From Microbotryum violaceum (Eukaryota), in the NCBI GenBank assembly GCA_001244265.2, contig CDLV01000015.1, forward strand, positions 186,001 to 250,000: DNA of 64,000 nucleotides. The letters are read 5' to 3'. The translations under genes were made by a program, and so were the position numbers. Each line of letters begins with the position of its first letter. Position 1 is the first letter of the stretch. Positions 16,120-27,100 of this stretch are shown in pieces. The notes under the pieces were generated by a model that was not told the DNA's origin, searched no databases, and worked only from the letters and a program-made list of their open reading frames with translations.

Positions 16120-16202
16120 GAATTACGTACATCAAGTATTGATCGGGATGAGACGAAACGAATTCCGTACAATCAAGTATTGCTCGGTCGGATCGAGACG
16201 AG
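16120..16202 (+). repeat. Degenerate tandem duplication of about 40 bp in the uL30m 3' flank
   Basis: gaattacgtacatcaagtattgatcggg..gagacga and gaattccgtacaatcaagtattgctcgg..gagacga. Confidence 0.6.
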
Positions 16203-16728
16203 TAGCCATCGCGCTGCGATCGTCGACCCCTGGCAGGTCACGATAATATCAACGTGCTGATGCTACTGTCGCTGCTACCATTACCGCTACTGCTGCTGCT
16301 GCTGCTAATTACGGTGGCATTCTTCCCCAAGTGCTGAAACTCGTGAGCAAGAGCGCTTAGCTTCAGCCTCAGGTTGTTCGCTTTGGTCGCGGGTCACGGT
16401 TCATTGGTCAAGGGGTGCAGGATCACTGTCACCTTGTGGTGTCCAGGGACCCGGATGCCCTAGAACGGTGAACCCTGAATTCGACTTCTCATTCTTTGGA
16501 AACGGGAGAGATGAACTACAGTAAGCTTTTAGCACGTAGTTCACCGCCCGTCTAGCGGTCCGCCTCGGAATCACTCTCGAGGGTGTCGTGTTGGTTGTTG
16601 CCTCGTGCTTCGCGCCGAACACGTGACCGAGCCAATTCAGGCGAGCGCGAGAATCCGACGCGAACGATTTGAACGCGACTTCAGAATCATCCCTTGCCTT
16701 CTCGCTCAGCCCGTGCTCATTGGTGATC

Positions 16729-19700
16729 ATGCCACGTGTCGCCCTCTCCAAGCTCTCGGACAAGAGCTACGGCCCACGCGATTACATCCAGGGCATGATC
16801 ATGTCTCTCAAGGATTACTCGGCGCAGTCCCAACGCGCCCAGCTCTCACTACAGTCTGAGCCCTTTGACCCAGAACACAGCGGCGACGACATCGATGATG
16901 ACGACGAAATCGAACCTAGCCCTGGCCCGGAAAGGCGAGTAGCGACAATCTCTTTGGGATCAACCAGCGTTGAAGTACACCTTGTCGGGCCATGGGTCGC
17001 CCAAGTACAGGGCCGGTTCGACATCGGCCTCCAGGTGCGATTGAGCCTCCACCGCGCCGCGATCAGGCACGTCGACGGCCGCCAATCCTGCAAGCTGGTC
17101 TACAGCAATGGAGTCAGCTTTTATATTCAGAGCCAGGGTGGCGATCAGGTCAAGTTCGACGTACTCGGTAAGCCTCCGCTCATGCGCCTCCCCTTCTCTA
17201 ACCCCCGCACGTCCTTCCATCCCCTGTCAACTGACTTTGTGGGGGGTCCTCGATCTGTTTTTCGGCCACCCCAACCACCTTCAGCTCCGCCGGACAACAC
17301 AGCTGGATTTATTCGATACCTAGCGCACGATCAGATTCTCGCTGTGCCCAGTGAAACGGAACGGCCAAACTCCTCCCAACACCCGACACCTCGGCAGCAG
17401 TCTAAAGAGAATGCACCACTTCCCGCCGCTGGATCGCACAAAAGGCCGCAAGATGCTAACGGCATGTTTTCGACCTCCAATGATCAAGGCAGCAAGAGCA
17501 AAAAGAACCGAGCAAGTGCATTAGGTACTGCCGTTGCTCCGGCGCATGTAGTGTGCCCGCCTCCGCCCAAGAGAAAACCTCGAACCGCCTGGGGACTCGT
17601 CACGACAGGTATCGAGTATGGAGCGGAAAGACGATTCGAGTATATCGCCTTCAGCGAACTCGAACAATCAAATAATCAACGTCACCTGGACGTTATCGCA
17701 ATCGTTCTCAACGCGTCTTCGATCGGGAAAAGCGGTGGAAAGGGTCAGTTTTTCTTCAATCCTGCCACGAGCATGGACATTGCGAGCTCCTATGTTAAGC
17801 TCTCCTATGTTAAGCTTCACCCCGATCACCGCCCTCCGCCCCATCTGCAATACGGCGCATTCAGACTACAAAATTGCACTCAATCTTGGCACTCCGGATT
17901 ACGATCAACCTTTGACCGCCGAGTACTTCGCACCCTCCCCGAACGACGTCGTTAACCCCGAGATCGGCGACGTCGTCGTTCTTCAGCACATGAATGTGCG
18001 TGTCATGGCCGACTGAGTTTGCGAGGCTCTAACCTTAGGACTGACCGATAATTGATACGTACGTAACCCCTCAAAACAAGTGCAGTGGAGCAAAGATCGT
18101 CAACGGTTTATCGGCTATTCAGACAATCACCCCCGTTCCGCGGTTCTGAAAAGGGCCGATTTGCTTCGGGACTCGAACAGCGCCGAGGCTCCCATCATGA
18201 TCGGAGCGCAGTCTGAGGAATCACTTGCGATATATGGCAAGGCCGAGATTGACTACGCGAAAGACATGGTAAGAGCCGACTGTAGCGCGGCATCAGCGAA
18301 TCTTGCGAACTCTCTGCTCGCAACGGCTGGTACTACCCTCACCCCCAGCATGACGCGAAAGCCCAAAGCATCTGGCCGGAAAATGACCAAGATTATGGAT
18401 ATGAGACCCGACGTCTTCTGCGATACTGTTGTCCAGGTGAGTACTAACGACATTGCATTTGGATCATTGCCGTCTCGCTGATAAACTCTGCTCAACATTT
18501 CAATAAGATCTTGCGTATCTACTCCCACGGGAACGAAAACCTCAAAACCTTGGGCCCGAACGAGCCGGTCGCGATCTATGTCACCGATTTCACGGAAAAT
18601 GATCTACTCTACGATTTCGACGAGCAGATGGAAGACGGTCTTCCCGGTCAATACGTGCTTCAAGTGTCCATCTTCGGCTGTCAAGCGCAACCACTGGACC
18701 CATTGATGAGACCGGGCATCGGGAAGAAGCCCGGACAGGGCCGCGCCGTGCACCTCGTCAACCTCCGACCCAAGCTTAATCCCAACGGCTACCTTGAAGC
18801 GACAATAATGCCCGATCGGAAATACGAACGAAAGCGTGATGTCATCTTACTGGGTCCAGGTAGCGCCTCGGATCCGTGGCTAGTCGATATCCACAAGTCT
18901 GTCTTTTCCTTCTGGAGGTCCTTGTTGAGAGAATATCGAGCTGACCCTAGGCGACTCCTGTATTCATTTGACTCAGACGCCGTCTAGCTTACCAGGCTGC
19001 CCAAGCTGCCGCAGAGCCCGTGCTGGCCCCCATTTTCGTCGCACCCGCCGGCATACCATCCGACCCCTCAGCAGCGCCAGCTGAATCTGCTAAGTCGGGT
19101 CACCGTCGATCAGTTGCTTACGGGCCGGACCGTAAGCCTATCTTCCCGCTTGGCTGAAGCATGAATTCTACAGCTCACGAACCTTGCTGACCACTGTGTG
19201 AATATGACGGCGTCAATAGCCGAGCTCACGTACTCAATTTCGCGTATGATCAGCTCCGACTTAGTTGGCGACTTCCGTGTTCGAGCTCGTGTTGTCCACT
19301 TTTTTCCTGAGGCGGTCCGTTGGGTCCTAGCCTACTGTGCGGAACCGAGCTGTCGTCGAAAGTAAGGAAGCAGTGGTGTCAATGCCTGTGATCGTTTCTC
19401 TCCTTCTCTGTGGCTGACGGAGCAGCTTCTTCTTCAACACGCCAGACTACCCGCCAACAAAGATAGCTGCCTCGAACACCCTGGCGCAGCTTTCAATCTC
19501 CGGTATTTCTTCCACTTCGAGCTCGTAGACGAATCCTTGCAAGGCAAAACAATTGCTGTAAAGTTTGATTCCGACTCTGACTGGGTGAGTCACATCTGCC
19601 CCAAGCAAAGTCAATTGTGTGATCCTCACCTCCGGATCCTTCCGTCCCCTTTTCCCCGCTAGGCCGGTTTTCTTCCTAATCTGCCCCCTGTCATGGACAT

Positions 19701-19893
19701 GCGCCGGGATACTTCTGCGCAAAGCCTCGTATTGCGTCAAAGATTCGATGAGATACTCGGTAGTGTGACGTCGCTTCACCACCGGGGGATCTCCAACGTC
19801 CCCGAGCAGAATTGGGGTCCGCCCACGAAATGGATCATCCACAAAACAGCAAGTGGTGAATACCTCGTAGGCGAGGGCATGCGTTTTTCATGA
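16729..19893 (+). CDS. POT1: Protection of telomeres protein 1 (multi-OB-fold), spliced
   Basis: LDVIAIV..DYKIALNL..P.IGDVVVL (OB), IMDMRPDVFCDTVVQ, IYVTDFTENDLLY, VHLVNLRPK, FRVRARVVHFFP, YC...C zinc segment. Confidence 0.82.
17787..17816 (+). repeat. 15-bp tandem duplication in a POT1 intron
   Basis: ctcctatgttaagct x2. Confidence 0.8.
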
Positions 19894-20097
19894 GCCCTCC
19901 CCGCAACGGGTCGGTACCTCTCTCTCTCCCTCGCATTTGTAGCTTTTATCTCTTTCTTTTGTTGTACAAATCCGCATTGATGGATCGATTTTTTCGTATT
20001 TCACTGCGCGACGTGCTAAGTAATCGAGCTCAACCTTTTTGTGGACCTACGGGAATGGACACCAAGTTTCGTCCCTCTCCACTTCCTTTTCTTAACC

Positions 20098-22279
20098 TTA
20101 CTTGTCGCGTCCGCCTGCCCCAGCTCTCTTTAAACCGTTCAACTTCACCACAGGTGCCGTCGAAGCGCCGTTACTTCTCTGCAGCATCATTATGACATCC
20201 CCAATCACAGCCGCGATCGACCGGGCCCCCAGTACCGTGATAACCATTCTGGTGACACTTAAGCCGATCATAAGGACGAATAGGAACACGGTCGCGGGGA
20301 ACGAAAAGATCCTAGCCAAGGAGTCGATTCGAGAGAAAGTGTAGTTGAGATATCGATCCGTTCGTGAGAGGTTCAAATCTCGTTCGGCGTGTCGGATCGG
20401 GAAAGGTGATTGAGCGCCCAAGTGATCGACGGCGATGCGCAAACCCGACGCGAACCCATCCTCATGCTGAACAAATAAAAAATAAAAGAATGAAAAGAAT
20501 GAAAAGAGACGGGGTTAGATACGTTGCTCCGTATCAGGCATAGTGAAATGAGCAGCACTTACGAAACCGTATTTCGTCCAAGCGCCGGCGAATGTGATCC
20601 CGCGTTTATTCTGAATCTTCTTGAGCTCATCCTGCGATCGTACGCTCTGCACGGGTCCAGACCCCAGGAAATCTCGGTCGATATCATGTGTGTCTGACAA
20701 GTGGAAGGCTTGGCGTAATGCTCTTACCTTTTCGCTAAAGAGGGGATGATCATAGTCCCATTCGGCAAATTTGTGTTCTTTTCGAGGCTCAAAGGGCGGG
20801 TTGAGCGTGACGAGTACGGGACCATAGATGGCTTCCGGAATCGATTGGAGCAAGTTCATCCAATACGTCCTGGTGGGCAAAGGGCAGAAGCTGAGCGATA
20901 CGTCGATCGGCTGGTCAACGCCTCGCTCGACTCACAAGGCAACACTATTGACGTTGAGTTTGGGCCCGTCACTCGCGGTGAGGTAGTTCCATGCCGACCA
21001 CGCGATACGACGCTTAGGCATAAGCTACGCATATTAACAAAATCCTCAATCAGCTCGGACTCGTGCACAAAGCCTTGCGCTTGAACTTACCTCGGGGTCC
21101 GAATGGAGAACGGCTCGATTTTTACTAAACTCGAACCCACCCAAAATCCGCCTCTCTTCCTCCGTGATCCCTTCCCCCTTTTCAAGTATCTTCAGCGTCG
21201 TATCGGCGTGACAGGCGAAAATGACATGGTCCCAATCGGTCTCGTTCCCCTCCGAGTCCTTGAGCACGACTTTTCGTCCCTTCCCGCCGGTTCGGACGGA
21301 CTCGATCCTATGACCTTGGTGGTATTTAGCCGGATCAAGACGCTCCAGAATCCGATTGACGTATGAGTGGGAACCATTCTTGACCGTTAGCCAGGTGGGT
21401 CGATCGAGAATTTGCATGAGGTGGTGGTTGTACATGAAGCGGATCAAGGTGAGTGCAGGGAAATCGAGAGCAGCTTTATCAGGAGGTGTTGACCAGATCG
21501 CCGCCGTCATGGGCTACAGGTGAAGGATTCGGGATAATTCAAAGAGTTAGTAGGGAAGATTCATGGTATACATCTGTCGTCCCGACCGCACCCCAGGCAG
21601 TAGAACGCACAAGCAGATAATTGTCGATAAAAGTTTGCGAGTAACGTTCCCGAGCAAGATAATCGCCGATACTCTCGCCACGGTCGCCACGCTGTAGCAC
21701 CTCGAGTGCACCGACATTGAAACGCAATATGTCCCAAACCATCCTCCAATGCGACGGGTTGAGCAGATTGAGCGGTTGAGCAAACAGGGCAGCGGGGGAA
21801 GCGCCGGCCCATTCGAACAGGCCGCGATCACGTGAGACGGAGAAGGACATGTCGGATGAGAGATAAGGCACGCCCGTCTCAAGCAGGAACGCCAAGAAGT
21901 TGGGGTAGGTTACCGTATTGAAGCTGAAAAGTTTTCCGGCCGGAGCCGTCCAACCATCGAATAGAGAGCATGCACATGCGAGTGGGGTCAGACGATCGGC
22001 GTGTGAAGACGACAGGTTCGCATAGGCTCGATACGGTGCAAGAGAGAGAAGAGATCCACATAATATCCACGACCTGATGCCGGCTCAAACTCACACAATG
22101 AAACCGGTGTCGACGTTGATGTAGTCGTCGCCGAGCGGGTTCCTGTAGCGCACCGTGTTGGCATGTCCGCCGGGGCGCGAATCGGCCTCGAACAGATGCA
22201 CCTCGTGCTTCGAGTGCTCGTTCAACAGCCAGGTCGCACCCAGACCAGAGGTACCCGATCCTACAACGGCAATCTTCAT
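20098..22279 (-). CDS. FAD-dependent oxidoreductase, amine-oxidase-like/COG2907 family, with a hydrophobic C-terminal tail (spliced)
   Basis: KIAVVGSGTSGLGA, EADSRPGGHANTV, VDTGFIV|FN..TYPNF, SDMSFSVS, AWNYL, TYWMNLLQ, VTLNP, YDHP, GAW..YG|FHEDG. Confidence 0.88.
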
Positions 22280-22676
22280 ATTGATCGAGTCTTGAGCTGG
22301 TCTCTAGTCTAAAGGAGACGTGGTCGTCGTCCTTTCGCGTTCGTTCGAGATCGATCTCGAGTTGCTGGACGAGGGGAAAGGGATCCGCGCGGTCGGCCCG
22401 ATTCCGAGGCGGCCACGAGCCCGATGGCCGGCATTGGTCGCTCTGAACCCCTACACATTGCAAACGAAGCATCTGCGTCGAAATCACACCTGTGTGCGTT
22501 AGAAAGAACCTTGTTGTTCCTGGTGTGTGGGCCCGTGGGATCAAGTCGACCACACTCAGAGCACTGTATCCCCAGCCAATTTTTCGGCGAAACACTCCGA
22601 GACAATCTCATGGTGCCTTTGAACAATGGAAAACATATGATTTGATGCAGTTCAATTTCTTTTAATATTCCAAGAA

Positions 22677-22757
22677 TATCCGTTCGACTCGTTGTCGAGT
22701 GTCGTCGCTCAATTTCTTGAGTATCCGTTCGACTCGTTGTCGAGTGTCATCGCTCAA
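22677..22757. repeat. Direct repeat of 36 bp (period 45), each copy containing a small hairpin
   Basis: tatccgttcgactcgttgtcgagtgtc(g/a)tcgctcaa at 22677 and 22722. Confidence 0.85.
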
Positions 22758-22785
22758 ATCACCATCCGAGTCGAAGCACCAGTAA

Positions 22786-23860
22786 TCAGATGCCACCGTT
22801 CAAGACCCTCCCAGCCTTGATGAAGATGTTAAAAGTGCTGAAAATAGCACCATTAAAAGTCAGACTGCGCAGGAATGACAACTTGTGGCCGTTGGTGCCA
22901 ATATATAGAACGTTGTACAAAGCGCGAAGTCCGAGCCTACAGTTCCAGAACAAAAAAGACGAATCTTCACATCAGCAGCCGGGCATGACCTCGACGACGC
23001 TTTGGGGCTAACGTACCAGGTGAAGACGAAGCGATTCATCGTCTCGGCAGGAAGTCTGGCCATATTACCGGCGATGATCTGTGCAATGAGGGTGAGGTCT
23101 CAGCCACTCAACCACTCGTCACGGATTTCAGATCGATGCTACTGACCGCCAAGCCGAACAGGGGGATGGCCTCGGCACCGTTGGCATTCGCGGCTTCAGC
23201 TATTTCGCTCGAACTCAATTTGTATGTAAGTATGTCGATTGATCCTCAGGCGGGATCGAAGATGAACAATACAACGCACCGCGAATGTACTTTTGCTGAT
23301 CAGGAGTCTGCTTCTCAAGCGCAGTCACCTTGGCGAGATAGGCTCGCGGCGAACGGTTGTCGAAGAACTTCATGTCCTTGGACTGCTTGGTTAAAGCAGC
23401 CGCATACCAATGAGCGGACCTGAATGATTTGGTGATAGTGGAGCGGGAGAGGCGAGAGGAGTGGGGGAAGGCGGGGTCGATCGCATTAATTGTGGGGCGA
23501 CGAGTAGATGTCCAGGACACATTACGTCATGGCGGTGAGGGAAGTGATGCATGAAGCATGAAGCATGAAGCATGAAACATGAAGCATGAAGCATGAAGCA
23601 TGAAGCAGAGAGCAAGCCATAAGATGAAGAGGAAAGCCGTCAGTCCCTTATAATCCATCCTCCTCTATGTTCTCCTAGAGCTCACATATGCTGCAGATCA
23701 TCCAACGAAATTGTCGGAGAGCGAGCGGATTGCGAGGCATCCGGGTCAGTGGAGTGGTCGGTCGATTACTTTCACAGTGGGAACAGCTCAGACGGCGGAT
23801 GTAACTGACCATGAGCCATGCGCCAGGGAATCCAACGAGGTAAGAGTAATTGTAAGTCAT
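22786..23860 (-). CDS. MAPEG-family membrane protein (microsomal GST-like), 6 exons including a 5-nt micro-exon
   Basis: Spliced product MTYNYSYLVGFPGAWLM-HM-SAHWYAAAL..FDNRSPR..YIRAEAANANGAEAIPLFGLAIIAGNMA..LRALYNVLYI..SFLRSLTF..FIKAG. Confidence 0.8.
23549..23607. repeat. (GCATGAA)8 heptamer tandem repeat in a MAPEG intron
   Basis: Eight copies, one with a single mismatch. Confidence 0.95.
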
Positions 23861-24198
23861 GATCGATGTTGGCAGTGATGGGTGCGAGGAGAGCGGTGAA
23901 GAATGAAAGGTTCGCTTCCGAGCGCCGATCGGAGCTGCAACCGCTGGAGACTGGTGACGCTGCAACCGCCGCACTTTGCAACCGCCCGTGATCGCGTGAA
24001 CACCGGTCTCCGGTGGGAGTTCGCCGGGATTGGAGCAGATCTTTCAGGTCGAGACCATGTTGTCTTTTTCAGCAGATGAGACGACAGGGAAAGGTTAATG
24101 AAATTGCAGGGGTTACGGGTATGGTACAGGAGAGTACTGCTTCTGGTGAGGACGGAATGTGTTGCGAGACAGCACGAAAGCACGTTGATGATCGAGTC

Positions 24199-27100
24199 TC
24201 AATTCAGCCTCTGTCGTTCAATGGTCGAGACCTGGCCATTACCACCCCTTGAGACTCGGAAGTATCTACATACAAGAAAAAAGGTATTAGCCAGCCACGG
24301 TAGTCTCGTCTCGGCGAGGCATGGTGTCCTGCACTCACTTGTCGATGACGCCTGAGCCACCGAGCGTTTCGAGGAATTGTTCGTCGTGGGTCTGCACCGG
24401 CATAGACACGAATGGCGTTCAGTGGAGGGGAGAAAGCAGCAGGGTGGCCAATAACAGCGCTTACGATGATTATGAGTTGGAAGTTTGCCTGGCTGCGGCG
24501 GTCCTTGATGATGTCGCTGAGAGCCGACGCAAGCGCCTTGATGTTATCTTGATCCAGATTCGTCGTCGGCTCATCCAACGCCATGATACCGCAGTTGGTG
24601 CCGAACGACTCTGCCAGGGCCAAACGGATGATGATACTGGCCAGCACCTTCTGGCCCGCGCTGCATCGCCCTCGCATGTCCATCTCAACCTGGTCTTTCA
24701 TCATCACGACACGATAATTGTACGAGGCCTTGGTCCCCGCGACTTTGCCTTCGGAATCAGACTTGAGCATGATCTTGTCGATATCGGTGCCTTGGTACGT
24801 TTTCATCCACAGATGGGCGATCGTGTCGTTGATCTCTTTCATCTTGAGTGAGTGGAACGCCATGATCGCCGCGTCGAGCGCCTTGGCATACTTGAGCAAA
24901 TCGTTGCTCACGACCTCCGTCGTCTTGACTTTGACAAGCTCCTGTTTGTACTTCTCCTCGATCCTGTCGTACTCGGACACGAGCTCCTCCTTCTTTTCTT
25001 TGAGCGCTGAGCGCATCGTAGCCAGTTCTCCTCCGAGTTTTGCTTGCTGTGGGAAGTCAAAGCCAACATCGCGGAGTGTCAGCACTAAGGCCTCGCAGGT
25101 GCACATGTGCGCGACGACTTACGTCGGATTGCTTCTGCGACTGTTTTTGACGCATTGCCGTGTACTCGGTTTCAAATCTTCGATATGCTTTGCGGGCGCC
25201 CTCGTCGTCCAAGCTCTCCAGCTGACTATCGATTGTCGCAAGATCTCGCTTCGATTTGCGCAGTCGCACATTGTCATGCAGATTGCGCAGGACGGCGTGC
25301 GAATCGGCGAGACGACGATCGGCGGACGCCATCTCGTCTTGCAGCGCCGAAATACGCTTCTTCATATCCGCGATCACCCCTTCGTACTGCTTGAGCTCGC
25401 GTTCGACTTTATTGAGCTCAGCTGCGCCACCCCTCGACTCGTAGGTTTGAATCTCGCGCTTGTTGAGTGCGAGCTGCTCAGCGCTCTTGTTGAAAGATTG
25501 CAGCTCTCGAGTGGCCATCACCTCCTTCTGCGCCGCCTCGTTGCACGCCTGCGAGAGTTCATCCTCACGCTTACGGATTGGTTGAGCAGCTTCGGCAAGT
25601 TTGGTGTTGACTTCCTGCGAATTACGAATTTAGCGCTTCAGCTATAGGTCCAGCACTTCCACTCAATCACGGTGAACTGACTTTGGCCCTGGCTTCGAGT
25701 GTCTCAATCTCAGCTCGCTCCGCTTCCTTCTGACGCTCAAGGTCCTCCCTCTCCTTGATCTCCTGCCTCTTCTTGGCCAACTCCATCTCGTTTGCGTGGA
25801 TCGACTTGATCAGAGACTGGATGAGGTTGCTCTGGCTCTGCTGTTCCACGCGAAGGCGATCGACGGTCGCTTTGTTGACTCGACTGTGGAGTGGATATTT
25901 CAAAATCATCAGTCCTCTACTCCGCGACGTGCAGAGCTCAGCATTCAGGGTTGACCCACATGTCTTCGCCGACCGCGTGCAGCTTTTGCGTGATGTCGTC
26001 CGTCGTCGCCGTTGACCCAGAGGCCTGCAACTCCGACTCGAGCTTCCCAATATCCCTCTCCAGATCTTGCACCTCACGAAGCGTCCTTGTCACATCATTG
26101 GCAGGCCTCTTCATGTTTTGCAGTTCACCGAGTGTGTCCTTGCGCTCCTTGACGACTTTGCCCGTCTCATTCGTGCGTGCGATAACAGCTGGCAAGCGCG
26201 CATTCTGGGCTTCGACCTCTCTCTCGGCCGCGGGGATGTCGTGCTCAATCAGCTTGAGATAGGCAACCTCCGTCGGCAACAGGGCACGTCGCTCCTCGAG
26301 GGATTGGACCCAGTCGTCTAGGTCGGCTTTCAGTTCAGCCGACCCTCCCGGACCACCTTGGATGCGACTTCTGCACTGCGCGAAGAGCAATCATGGTCAA
26401 GGGCATTAGTTGCCGGCCCATTGGAACAGGCTCACCAAGCAACAATACGTCCCAACGTAGACCAGATGAACGTACATAGGCACGAAAAGCGTCCATCTGA
26501 TCCGGCAAGATCTTACGATCGCACCCAAAGCATTTTCGATCGCGAACGCTGGACTCAAGAATCTTCTGGAACATTGATGCGAACTGCGTCGAGTCCTCGA
26601 GAGACCTAAAGAGAGCGAAATTACCGCAACAGATTAGCAACAGCTCAGAAGTGTTTGATGAAGATGTGACTTACTTTCGCGTCAGCTCGACTTCTTCCTC
26701 CGCCTCCTTGATCGCCGCCTGAACAGATTTTGCCACGGCGGATCCAGTCTCGGCCGCAAACTGCGCCAATTTCTCGTCGATGGTCTGCTTGTAGGCTGCT
26801 CATGAAAAGGAACAAATCCCCTTGCCATGAGCGTCAAAACCCTATCGCCTTTGCATCCTGGACACTGACCTTTGGCTTCATCGGTGAGGCCCTTCGCCTT
26901 GCCTCTCGCGTACCCCACGGCGGACTCGATTTGTTGCAATTGCTTCTTGGCCTCGGCGTTTGACTCTTCGGCGATGGCCAGTTCCGATTCAGCCGTGGTG
27001 ATGGCGCCATTGATTTCGGTTTCCATCGTCGCACGCGTCGGGTCGGCCTTGAAAAGCTTTCGATAGGAAGGGGTGGTTTTTTCCACTCTGCCTCGACCAA

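Noticed and set aside
22677-22757. CRISPR-like repeat-spacer
   Set aside because: Only two copies with a 9-bp gap, in a eukaryotic context with no cas genes
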